Virus record (IMG/VR): IMGVR_UViG_3300044274_000136
Span: 1-40,095 of that record
DNA: 40,095 bases
Strand: one strand, 5' to 3'
From: a virus
The position numbers were made by a program, and so were the translations under genes. A model generated the notes under the pieces. The model saw only the letters and a program-made list of their open reading frames with translations, did no database searches and was not told where the DNA came from. Below are positions 31,772 to 38,666 of the stretch, piece after piece (the stretch's first letter is position 1; every line of letters begins with the position of its first letter).

Positions 31772-32032
31772 ATGAAGGCTTTACATTTTTTCAAAAATCA
31801 GGTTAGCATAATAGACATTAGTGATCATGCCAATTACTCTAAGCTATGTGTTAATGGTGTTTCAGAGGTGCAACAAATTGTAGGCTTGATTGATCAGAAG
31901 CTATTAACCCAGCCTTATGCAGGAAGCCCTCCAGTGGTTGTTTTTAAAGGCTCTAAGGGTACTCTGATCGTTAAAAAGTACCTTAAAGAGACTGGTAAGC
32001 TAATACCTCAAAAGCTTAAGTATCTTCTTTAA
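31772..32032 (+). CDS. Hypothetical protein
   Basis: ORF converging on, and overlapping by 17 nt, the minus-strand XRE gene. Confidence 0.4.
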   Translation: MKALHFFKNQVSIIDISDHANYSKLCVNGVSEVQQIVGLIDQKLLTQPYAGSPPVVVFKGSKGTLIVKKYLKETGKLIPQKLKYLL

Positions 32033-32474
32033 GTATGGCATACAGTTTGTCAGTGCTGATTTTATCTTTTCCCGTCACACCTTTTACAAACCTTATCAAA
32101 TTCTCTTTATCTTTTTTGCTTTTAATCCTATTAAAGGCTTTTATCAATTGAACTACTTGTCTATCTTGACTACTAATCAGGTCTTTTCTACTCATTTTTA
32201 GGTTAGTCATGGGTGTTCCACTAAATAGGTAATCCAAATCAATGTTTAGTATATTGCACAGGCTTATTATAAACTCATAGTTCATCCTAATAATCTCACC
32301 CTTTTCATGTTGCTGGATTGATTGCCTTGTTATGTCCATGAGTTTGGCTAATTGTGCCCTAGTTAATTGATGAAGTTCCCTAGCACAATAGATATTATAG
32401 CCTATCCGCTGTGACACTGTCATTTTTTCAATCGGTACTTCGGGAAAGTTTTCTGGTTTTGACTTTTTTGCCAT
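32016..32474 (-). CDS. XRE-family HTH regulator with C-terminal helical domain (XRE-2)
   Basis: RIGYNIYCARELHQLTRAQLAKLMDITRQSIQQHEKGE is an HTH_3 signature. Confidence 0.8.
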   Translation of the reverse strand: MAKKSKPENFPEVPIEKMTVSQRIGYNIYCARELHQLTRAQLAKLMDITRQSIQQHEKGEIIRMNYEFIISLCNILNIDLDYLFSGTPMTNLKMSRKDLISSQDRQVVQLIKAFNRIKSKKDKENLIRFVKGVTGKDKISTDKLYAILKEDT

Positions 32475-32885
32475 TTAATCCTCTAAAACTCCATGATTGA
32501 TTTTTTGCAGGCAGTTGGTCTTAGTCATACTAGTCATAAATTCCACTAACCTAATTTGTGCGGCTTGATCAATCTTTAAGTAGCATGTTACTAGCCTTGC
32601 TATATTATCATCGTTCATCAATGTATACGTTACATCATTTCTTTGATCATCATCTAAAAATTCTTGATCAAAAAACCAATTTGCATCTACCTGCAAAGCC
32701 CTAGCTATTTGCAACAACTTATAAACTTTTAGAGATGTCATACCCGCCTCATACTTTTGTATTTGTTGCGTGCTAACTTCTAAATGCAATGCTAATTGTG
32801 TTCTACTTAAACCTAGCAGTTTCCTTCGAATTCTGATTTTTCTGCCAACCGCTAAGTCAATTTGCTTTTGAAATTCTGTATTCAT
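32475..32885 (-). CDS. XRE-family HTH regulator with C-terminal helical domain (XRE-1)
   Basis: VGRKIRIRRKLLGLSRTQLALHLEVSTQQIQKYEAGMTS..IARALQVDANWFF is an HTH_3 signature. Confidence 0.85.
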   Translation of the reverse strand: MNTEFQKQIDLAVGRKIRIRRKLLGLSRTQLALHLEVSTQQIQKYEAGMTSLKVYKLLQIARALQVDANWFFDQEFLDDDQRNDVTYTLMNDDNIARLVTCYLKIDQAAQIRLVEFMTSMTKTNCLQKINHGVLED

Positions 32886-32890
32886 ATTAT

Positions 32891-33067
32891 TTACCTTTTT
32901 TTATTTTGATAATATCCATATATTATTAAGATATAGTATATGATAGCTATTGAAATCATGGGGGTGCTTTGGAGCATATAACCAAGTATGCCAAATAGAA
33001 GCCCCCACGTTTGCTTAGCTATATGCTCCCAAATCTTAACAGCTTGCTCTAAAAAAAAATTTCTCAT
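32891..33067 (-). CDS. Small membrane protein, 58 aa
   Basis: Start moved to ATG 33067 (ATGA overlap with the upstream gene): MRNFFLEQAVKIWEHIAKQTWGLLFGILGYMLQSTPMISIAIIYYILIIYGYY. Confidence 0.5.
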   Translation of the reverse strand: MRNFFLEQAVKIWEHIAKQTWGLLFGILGYMLQSTPMISIAIIYYILIIYGYYQNKKR

Positions 33068-33249
33068 ATGTGGTGCAAGGTTGTTAATATAGTAGCTATG
33101 GCAAATAAACCATACATAGGCACGATAAAGCATAAACGTATCATACAAGCTCGCTTGCCTTTACCCTCGATTCTTTCATTAATTTCGAATATTGCGTATA
33201 TTATAAAAGCCCAAAGTGCTACTAATAATATAAAATCTACTGGTATCAT
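33064..33249 (-). CDS. Small two-TM membrane protein, 61 aa
   Basis: DFILLVALWAFIIYAIF and LCFIVPMYGLFAIATILTTL; SD AAGGAGG upstream; TAATG overlap with the upstream gene. Confidence 0.55.
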   Translation of the reverse strand: MIPVDFILLVALWAFIIYAIFEINERIEGKGKRACMIRLCFIVPMYGLFAIATILTTLHHI

Positions 33250-33563
33250 TATTTAGCCTCCTTGTTATTTGGCAATAAACTACCTGCATACGCAACGTAA
33301 CCAATATTATGATAGCCACAACTCCAGCTTATTTCTCTTATATGTTCACCTTTGCGTACTACTAACAACGCTCTACCGCCTACAATGCGTTCAGTAGGGT
33401 GCTTTGAGTGTGGCGTATATAGAGTTATTGCATCTACTAACTCGATGTCTTTATTTTTGGCTAAAACCTCATTGCAATAGTCGGTGTACTTCTTTGGAGG
33501 CTTGGCAACCATGAAGTGAAATTCACTGCTTTCAAATTCTATTAGATATGTTGGTAAGTTCAT
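33249..33563 (-). CDS. Hypothetical protein, first gene of the leftward operon
   Basis: ORF behind a TTGACG-17-TATTAT promoter with a cassette-like leader aaataataaggatatatatt. Confidence 0.6.
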   Translation of the reverse strand: MNLPTYLIEFESSEFHFMVAKPPKKYTDYCNEVLAKNKDIELVDAITLYTPHSKHPTERIVGGRALLVVRKGEHIREISWSCGYHNIGYVAYAGSLLPNNKEAK

Positions 33564-33589
33564 AATATATATCCTTATTATTTAGGGTA

Positions 33590-33618
33590 ATAATACGTTG
33601 CTTTTTTCAAAACGTCAA
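33590..33618 (-). promoter_or_regulatory. Leftward promoter TTGACG-17-TATTAT
   Basis: Minus strand: the -35 sits at 33618-33613 and the -10 at 33595-33590. Confidence 0.55.
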
Positions 33619-33640
33619 GTAGTTTGTTAATAAATAGTTG

Positions 33641-33668
33641 TTGACTTCTAAAAACGATAAGTTAAATT
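33641..33668 (+). promoter_or_regulatory. Rightward promoter TTGACT-16-TAAATT, back to back with the leftward promoter
   Basis: TTGACT 33641-33646, TAAATT 33663-33668. Confidence 0.5.
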
Positions 33669-33674
33669 GATTTT

Positions 33675-33799
33675 GAGGTATTGGGTTTTTACCCTCTCAA
33701 TATCTCCTTACCTTGCCTTGCATTCCTCCTTTCTGCAAGGTGTGTTTTTCAGGTAAGAGACTGCCTCGTAAGCCCCAGAAATGGGAGGCAGTCTTTTTT
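33675..33799 (+). ncRNA. Candidate ~125-nt small RNA (promoter to intrinsic terminator, no ORF)
   Basis: Contains the hairpin CCTTGCA-[ttcctcctttc]-TGCAAGG (33716-33740, anti-SD-like CU-rich loop) and a 9-bp terminator stem plus T6. Confidence 0.5.
33757..33799 (+). terminator. Intrinsic terminator
   Basis: GACTGCCTC (33759-33767) pairs with GAGGCAGTC (33785-33793), followed by TTTTTT. Confidence 0.7.
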
Positions 33800-33847
33800 A
33801 TGACCGCCTACAAACCTATCCCTACTCTTAGGCGGTCTATCCCTATA

Positions 33848-33875
33848 TTGACATTGCTAATAAGTGTGGTATAAT
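33848..33875 (+). promoter_or_regulatory. Near-consensus promoter TTGACA-16-TGgTATAAT
   Basis: TTGACA 33848-33853, TATAAT 33870-33875 with TG at 33867-33868. Preceded by two CTATCCCTA repeats (33816-33824 and 33837-33845). Confidence 0.65.
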
Positions 33876-33926
33876 GTAGATGAGAGTGTGGCAATACTCT
33901 CTTCATATATATTTTTATTTTTGTTT

Positions 33927-33970
33927 CCGCCTTAGTTTTTTTGGGAGAATTTTCTAAGGCGGTTTTTTTT
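33927..33970 (+). terminator. Intrinsic terminator/attenuator abutting ATG 33971
   Basis: CCGCCTTAG (33927-33935) pairs with CTAAGGCGG (33954-33962), followed by T8. The only SD-like AAGG for the next gene lies in the 3' arm. Confidence 0.7.
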
Positions 33971-34231
33971 ATGGCTAAGAAGATAACAGAACAGCGTGAA
34001 GATAAGCTTATGGCAGACTTTGCTTTAAGAGTGCTTGGGAAAATTGATAATGGAGAAGAAGAGCTTTATCCAGCCAGTGTATTGCTAGAGATGGCTAATG
34101 AAGATTACGAAGATATCACCCTTGCTAATGAAGCTGAGCAGGTTTTTAGTAGTATTGAGGCGGGGGAAGAAAAGACTATCAGCTCCAAAGAGTTTTTCGA
34201 AGATGCAAAGCAAAGAGGGTTTGATATCTAG
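33971..34231 (+). CDS. Small very acidic protein, 86 aa
   Basis: Start moved to ATG 33971 (the track's TTG 33941 lies inside the terminator loop); Glu/Asp-rich throughout. Confidence 0.5.
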   Translation: MAKKITEQREDKLMADFALRVLGKIDNGEEELYPASVLLEMANEDYEDITLANEAEQVFSSIEAGEEKTISSKEFFEDAKQRGFDI

Positions 34232-34363
34232 TACTTTTTTGCTATAATAGGTTTTGGGGGTAAGTGAACGTGCGAACTCATTTCGGGTGTTTTTCTATCT
34301 TTTGTGTAAAAACCTAGCTTACCCTAGTTTTCGATTAACTACCAAGAACTTGGTATATAAAAA

Positions 34364-34636
34364 TCACTTTTTCTCTGGCACGTATAAACCTTCGTAAAAA
34401 TCAGTTACACTTATTTCAAAGTATTTAGCCAGTTTGTTTAGATTTTCCACACTTATTGTTAATTTACCTTTTTCAAACAAAGATACTGCTTGCCTAGTAA
34501 CACCTAAGCATTCTGCCACAGCAAGGACATTAGCTCCCGAGCGTTCGCGTATTTTCCTAACATTTCTGCCAATGACTTGATTAACATTAAGGTAATAAAA
34601 CAAAAACAATAGTATTATTGCCAATGTGCAAAACAT
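34364..34636 (-). CDS. Small XRE-family HTH regulator (repressor-like) with hydrophobic N-terminal extension
   Basis: IGRNVRKIRERSGANVLAVAECLGVTRQAVSLFEKGK is an HTH_3 signature; no SD lies before ATG 34636. Confidence 0.75.
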   Translation of the reverse strand: MFCTLAIILLFLFYYLNVNQVIGRNVRKIRERSGANVLAVAECLGVTRQAVSLFEKGKLTISVENLNKLAKYFEISVTDFYEGLYVPEKK

Positions 34637-34644
34637 CGCTTATC

Positions 34645-34674
34645 AGTATATATCTATATCACCGTGTGTGATAA
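34645..34674 (-). promoter_or_regulatory. Leftward promoter-like element (TTATCA-18-TATACT) giving a leaderless or near-leaderless repressor mRNA
   Basis: The minus-strand -10 TATACT (34650-34645) ends 8 nt before the ATG. It is flanked by the inverted repeat GCTTATCA (34638-34645) / TGATAAGC (34669-34676). Confidence 0.4.
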
Positions 34675-34787
34675 GCCCGTGAACGGTTACGCTTAGGCTT
34701 TGTTTGGTGTATATAACATTGGGTTTTATAGCGTATAGATTGGGTAAATAATTCGTTAAGAAATCTTAAGAAAAAGTTAATTTGTTG

Positions 34788-34816
34788 TTGCAATTTGTGG
34801 CTTTTTAGCGTATAGT
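34788..34816 (+). promoter_or_regulatory. Rightward promoter TTGCAA-17-TATAGT for the replication genes
   Basis: The -10 overlaps one of two TAGCGTATAG repeats (34729-34738 and 34806-34815). Confidence 0.55.
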
Positions 34817-34923
34817 ACAAGCATGGCGGATAGGTTGGATTGATCCCCTTCCGATAAGAGTTTTTTTCTCATAACTTTTCGCTCTTCCGCTTTTTTTTAA
34901 AAGTTAATAAGAAGGATAAGATT

Positions 34924-35223
34924 ATGAGAAATAAGAATAAACACACGATAATTAGTAATAAATTGATTGAAGAGCAGGTGCTTAGCTACACTGCAAGATT
35001 TGTTTACATTTACATTGCTAGCCGTCCTAATGGTTGGCGGTTTTGTAATAATGATATTAGCAAGGGTCTTGGCATAGGTAGGGATAAAGCAAGAAAAGCA
35101 ATCTTAGAGTTGATCGATTTTGGTTATTTATCATTTACTCAAGCAAAAGATGAAAACGGGAAACTCTCATACACCATCACCTTTGATGTGAACTGTATTC
35201 AGTATGAGATTAATTCAAAATAA
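34924..35223 (+). CDS. Stand-alone paralog of the replication-initiator N-terminal winged-HTH domain
   Basis: SNKLIEEQVLSYTARFVYIYIASRPNGWRF..ILELIDFGYL aligns with SNKFIQNNKISNTAKAVYIYMASRPDGWEF..MNELIDFGYL in the next gene. Confidence 0.65.
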   Translation: MRNKNKHTIISNKLIEEQVLSYTARFVYIYIASRPNGWRFCNNDISKGLGIGRDKARKAILELIDFGYLSFTQAKDENGKLSYTITFDVNCIQYEINSK

Positions 35224-35247
35224 TAATAATAATTTTTAGATAATATT

Positions 35248-36285
35248 ATGAATAAAAAAAACACTGAAAATTATCTTGAAAATAAAGGGTGTGGATTTAC
35301 CCAAATAAGCAACAAATTTATACAAAACAACAAGATAAGTAATACTGCAAAGGCTGTTTATATCTATATGGCTAGTCGCCCCGATGGTTGGGAATTTCAC
35401 GTTAACGAAATTAGAAATAACGTAAAATCTGGTCGTGAAGCAATAAATAATGCAATGAACGAACTCATTGATTTTGGCTATCTCATAAAGTCTCAAATAA
35501 GGTGCAAGTTAGGTAAATTTAATAAAAATCACTACAAAATATTATACCAGCCGTTGACGGAAAACCCGTTGACGGAAAATCCGTTGACGGTTGAACCGTT
35601 AACGGAAAACCAGACACTTAATAATACTGATATTAATAATACTGATATTAATAATAAGAAAAAAAAATATATAAAAAAAGATGGTGTACTAGATACACTA
35701 CCTTTTTCAGATCAGAACGAATTGCAGGGAAACTTAAGCAAGCATTCAGAGATTGAACCTTCCTTTCCAGAGACAAAAGGGAAAAGCCCTAAAGCGGATA
35801 AGGTGGAAAACAAACAAAACTTGATGGTTAGTAAGCAGGTAGAGCAAAGCCCTAAGGTTAACGGCTACTCGCAAGATTTCCTAGAATTTTGGAATCTCTA
35901 TCCCGTAAAGGGAAGCAACAACGGAGGCGCGGCGACAAAAGGGAGTAAGAAAACAGCCTACAAAGCTTGGCTTAAAGCTTTTAAAGATAACAACAATTTA
36001 ACATTAAATGAAATTAAAATAGGATTACAAAACTATGCAAAATTTTTATACGGTTGTTCAGAAAGTGGGCAACAACCTTGCTTCCAAGGAAACAAACACG
36101 CATCAACATGGATTAACGCTAGTGGCTGGGAAGACGAGTACACAACCACAACAAGCAGGGCAACGATTAGAAATCCAGAGCAAGCAATGTACGAGGAAGC
36201 CTTCGAGGGACTTGACGAGATCATGCGTAGGGAACGAGAAAGTGCGGAAGTTTACGAAACCCTTAGAGGAATGCGTTCGGTCTAA
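35248..36285 (+). CDS. Replication initiator (lambda O / replisome-organizer-like) carrying the origin iterons
   Basis: N-terminal wHTH domain, a PLTEN repeat linker encoded by the iterons, and a C-terminal FLEFWNLYPVKG..AYKAWLKAF..TWINASGWEDEY motif. Confidence 0.7.
   Translation: MNKKNTENYLENKGCGFTQISNKFIQNNKISNTAKAVYIYMASRPDGWEFHVNEIRNNVKSGREAINNAMNELIDFGYLIKSQIRCKLGKFNKNHYKILYQPLTENPLTENPLTVEPLTENQTLNNTDINNTDINNKKKKYIKKDGVLDTLPFSDQNELQGNLSKHSEIEPSFPETKGKSPKADKVENKQNLMVSKQVEQSPKVNGYSQDFLEFWNLYPVKGSNNGGAATKGSKKTAYKAWLKAFKDNNNLTLNEIKIGLQNYAKFLYGCSESGQQPCFQGNKHASTWINASGWEDEYTTTTSRATIRNPEQAMYEEAFEGLDEIMRRERESAEVYETLRGMRSV
35551..35610 (+). repeat. Four tandem 15-bp iterons (putative origin of replication)
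   Basis: ccgttgacggaaaac / ccgttgacggaaaat / ccgttgacggttgaa / ccgttaacggaaaac, each with a CCGT-NN-ACGG palindrome. Confidence 0.75.
35618..35658 (+). repeat. AT-rich 15-bp tandem repeat (2.7 copies of ttaataatactgata) followed by an A-tract; candidate DNA-unwinding element
   Basis: Read directly; lies immediately 3' of the iterons. Confidence 0.6.
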
Positions 36286-36325
36286 AAAAGTTTGGTACGA
36301 TTTAAACGGACAGGTTCATTGCAAG

Positions 36326-36754
36326 ATGATAAGCTACTACGATACCCAGCAGGTTACTCAAGATCAGATAGATTATTTTTTATCTCTGGAAAAAGTTACA
36401 GCTAAAACGCTTACTCAAGGCATCACAGGTTTGTTTTACCGGACAGAGTATGGCGTGTATGAGGGTGCAGAGGGTAAGAAATATGCCAGACAGTGTTATC
36501 TTCAAGATTTAACAAAGCTTGTGATAGGTTTACCACAGTTTGCATTTGATCAAGCTATGGCGTTTTACCTTGAGAACGGCACGGAGGGGAACAAGATGCC
36601 TTTGGTGCATAACGTGGCAGGCATGGTGAAATTTTACGCTAAGGACGTGATAAGAGCTATGGAGGCTATCGAAAATGGTGAAGGTGATAATAATTTACCA
36701 CTGCCAAAAGGTGCAAAGCTCATAGAAGCCCCTGAGAGCACGATAACATCATGA
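36326..36754 (+). CDS. Replication-module protein of unknown function (start uncertain: GTG 36242 or ATG 36326)
   Basis: The 3' two-thirds of track ORF 36035-36754; the 5' part overlaps the initiator gene in another frame and is unlikely to be coding. Confidence 0.5.
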   Translation: MISYYDTQQVTQDQIDYFLSLEKVTAKTLTQGITGLFYRTEYGVYEGAEGKKYARQCYLQDLTKLVIGLPQFAFDQAMAFYLENGTEGNKMPLVHNVAGMVKFYAKDVIRAMEAIENGEGDNNLPLPKGAKLIEAPESTITS

Positions 36755-36940
36755 GAGCTACCATACATCATAAAATCTCTTCGCACCCCTTTCTCGTCAA
36801 TCTACGGGCGTTCTAGGGCTATATAAATGCTATACTTGAGGTCTAAAATTAATAATCTGGAGATATTATGCTATTTGGAGGGAAAAACTGCCTTAGGAAA
36901 AATCGCAACAAGGCAGTCAATCAAAAAATAGGAAATGGTC

Positions 36941-37072
36941 ATGAATAACCAAGATCAGTATATCTTTTTTTTGCGTTTTCTTCAAGAAAAAATGATCAAT
37001 TTATGTAGAAAAACATTGACAAGCATGTATTGCCCAAGTATAGTAAAATTAACTAATGGTAAACAAATATGA
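36941..37072 (+). CDS. Possible small protein, 43 aa (below the track cutoff)
   Basis: AGGA lies 7 nt upstream. The ORF reads through cassette f and ends with an ATGA overlap onto the next small ORF. Confidence 0.3.
   Translation: MNNQDQYIFFLRFLQEKMINLCRKTLTSMYCPSIVKLTNGKQI
37016..37044 (+). promoter_or_regulatory. Cassette f: TTGACA-17-TATAGT
   Basis: ttgacaagcatgtattgcccaagtatagt, 24 nt before ATG 37069. Confidence 0.5.
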
Positions 37073-37215
37073 ATAATACATTAAAACCCCTAAATGTGTT
37101 AATTACAGAAAGATTATATATAGATTTTTCTGTGATTTCTAAGAAAACAACGATAATATTTTTCGTTAACCATTTGGCTAAAATGTCATGGTTACAGAAG
37201 GCAGCTTTGAGGTAG
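37069..37215 (+). CDS. Possible small protein, 48 aa (below the track cutoff)
   Basis: MNNTLKPLNVLITERLYIDFSVISKKTTIIFFVNHLAKMSWLQKAALR, downstream of cassette f. Confidence 0.35.
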   Translation: MNNTLKPLNVLITERLYIDFSVISKKTTIIFFVNHLAKMSWLQKAALR

Positions 37216-37220
37216 TAAAA

Positions 37221-37484
37221 ATGATTATAAATTTAGATCTTGAAGATTACATTGATTGTGAAGATGTGACAATTGTTGCAGATTGTTACATTGAAGAAAG
37301 CACAGATTTAATTTGTGTTGATACTGGCTACGAAGAAAAGACTTTAGAAATTGAAATAGAGGGATTGTTTGTTGATGGTGTTTTCTTTTCTCAAGAAAAT
37401 TTAGCAACAGTTTATGGTCAAAGTGTAGCTGATAAAATCGTTAACCATATAGAATATAAGGCGGGCAATGTTTACTATTCATAA
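37221..37484 (+). CDS. Small acidic hypothetical protein (alternative start 37188)
   Basis: ATG 37221 lies 8 nt after GAGG; Asp/Glu-rich. Confidence 0.5.
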   Translation: MIINLDLEDYIDCEDVTIVADCYIEESTDLICVDTGYEEKTLEIEIEGLFVDGVFFSQENLATVYGQSVADKIVNHIEYKAGNVYYS

Positions 37485-37586
37485 TAATTGGGGGAAGTTT
37501 TCTAAACCCCCCGTTTCTAGCCATTTTCGAGGTGGTTATACAGCAATTCACGTGTACGTTTTTTCTTGTTTTTATGGTAAAAAACG

Positions 37587-37615
37587 TTGACAAGTTAAGA
37601 TTGCTATGTTAGATT
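37587..37615 (+). promoter_or_regulatory. Cassette e: TTGACA-17-TAGATT
   Basis: ttgacaagttaagattgctatgttagatt followed by the leader aaagttaacaaaaaaataaggatatatt and ATG 37644. Confidence 0.6.
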
Positions 37616-37643
37616 AAAGTTAACAAAAAAATAAGGATATATT

Positions 37644-38414
37644 ATGACTGAGCAACAACTCACTTTTTATCAGAAAGTTTCAAAGATACAGGCTGAATTG
37701 AATGCTCCTAAAAATGCGTTTAATGCTTTTGGGAAGTATAAATATCGCAATCTTGAGAGTATTCTTGAGAGCTTAAAGCCACATCTTGATAAACATGAAC
37801 TTTTTTTAACGTTAAACGATGAGATAGTTAAGTTTGATAATCCGCAGGGTATCCCAGTGGCAAGTGACGTTAATCAAAAAGCACCTCAAGCACCTAATTC
37901 AATAATAGATAGTATGCGTTGTCGTTATTACATTAAGGCTACAGCAACCATATCAGATGGTGCAAAAGAACTTTCAACTTTTGCATATGCACGGGAGGAG
38001 CTTTCTAAAAAAGGTATGGACGCTAGTCAATTAACAGGCTCTTGCAGTTCATACGCTAGAAAATATGCGTTAGGAGGGTTGTTTGCCATTGATGACAACA
38101 AAGACGCTGACAGTAGGGATAACACGGAAAGCAAGCAGATTAAGAGGAAGGTTAAAAGTAGTGAGCCTGCTAATCAAGGTAAAGAGAATATTTTAGCTGA
38201 TTTAACAAGTAAAGTTTCTAAATTGCAAAGCATACAAGAGGCTAATAGCTTATGGGTTGCAGCTATAGGTCATGTGCAAGGTGGTGATTTAGAGCGTGCT
38301 GATATTTCTGATTTTTGGAATCAGTTAGAGTATTATTGTGATATGACTTTTCAAGCTTCGTACGATAAACAAGCTAAGCAGTTTATTGTTAACGAAGGTG
38401 CAACGTTTCAGTAA
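37644..38414 (+). CDS. erf: Erf-family single-strand annealing protein
   Basis: ELNAPKNAFNAFGKYKYRNLESILESLKP, YYIKATATISDG and KKGMDASQLTGSCSSYARKYALGGLFAIDDNKDAD closely parallel P22 Erf. Confidence 0.93.
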   Translation: MTEQQLTFYQKVSKIQAELNAPKNAFNAFGKYKYRNLESILESLKPHLDKHELFLTLNDEIVKFDNPQGIPVASDVNQKAPQAPNSIIDSMRCRYYIKATATISDGAKELSTFAYAREELSKKGMDASQLTGSCSSYARKYALGGLFAIDDNKDADSRDNTESKQIKRKVKSSEPANQGKENILADLTSKVSKLQSIQEANSLWVAAIGHVQGGDLERADISDFWNQLEYYCDMTFQASYDKQAKQFIVNEGATFQ

Positions 38415-38426
38415 AGGGGGTAAATA

Positions 38427-38666
38427 ATGGCAACAAAAAAAGAAATAGTAAATGGCATAGATTACACTGGTTACCATGAATACCCTGTTGGTTATTGGAA
38501 GTATCATAAAATCACTGATTTAGAAACAAGTCACATTAAGAATATTTTAAAATCTAATGCTAGAAGCAATTATATTGAGTGCGAATCAAAAATAATGGAG
38601 CTTGAAAATGAGTTAAGGATTAGGGCTTTGGAAGAGAGGATTAAAATTCTAGAAAGTAGGTTATGA
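38427..38666 (+). CDS. Hypothetical protein with coiled-coil C-terminus
   Basis: The ORF shares the motif DL..SHIKNIL with the C-terminal part of the next protein (DLRKIHNNHLKNIL). Confidence 0.5.
   Translation: MATKKEIVNGIDYTGYHEYPVGYWKYHKITDLETSHIKNILKSNARSNYIECESKIMELENELRIRALEERIKILESRL

Noticed and set aside
30947-33256. Track ORFs 30947-31138 (+), 31144-31329 (-) and 33068-33256 (+)
   Set aside because: The first and third are antisense to better-supported minus-strand genes. The second spans the divergent promoter region and overlaps the 31269 gene start, with no SD.
35551-35658. CRISPR-like or satellite repeat array
   Set aside because: The units are contiguous 15-mers with no spacers, are in frame within a replication-initiator gene, and are followed by an AT-rich tract. 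This is an iteron origin, not a CRISPR array.
37490-37512. Intrinsic terminator after the 37221 gene (GGGGG-[12 nt]-CCCCC)
   Set aside because: The stem is clear, but the downstream run is only gtttct, so termination activity is doubtful. It is noted as a hairpin only.
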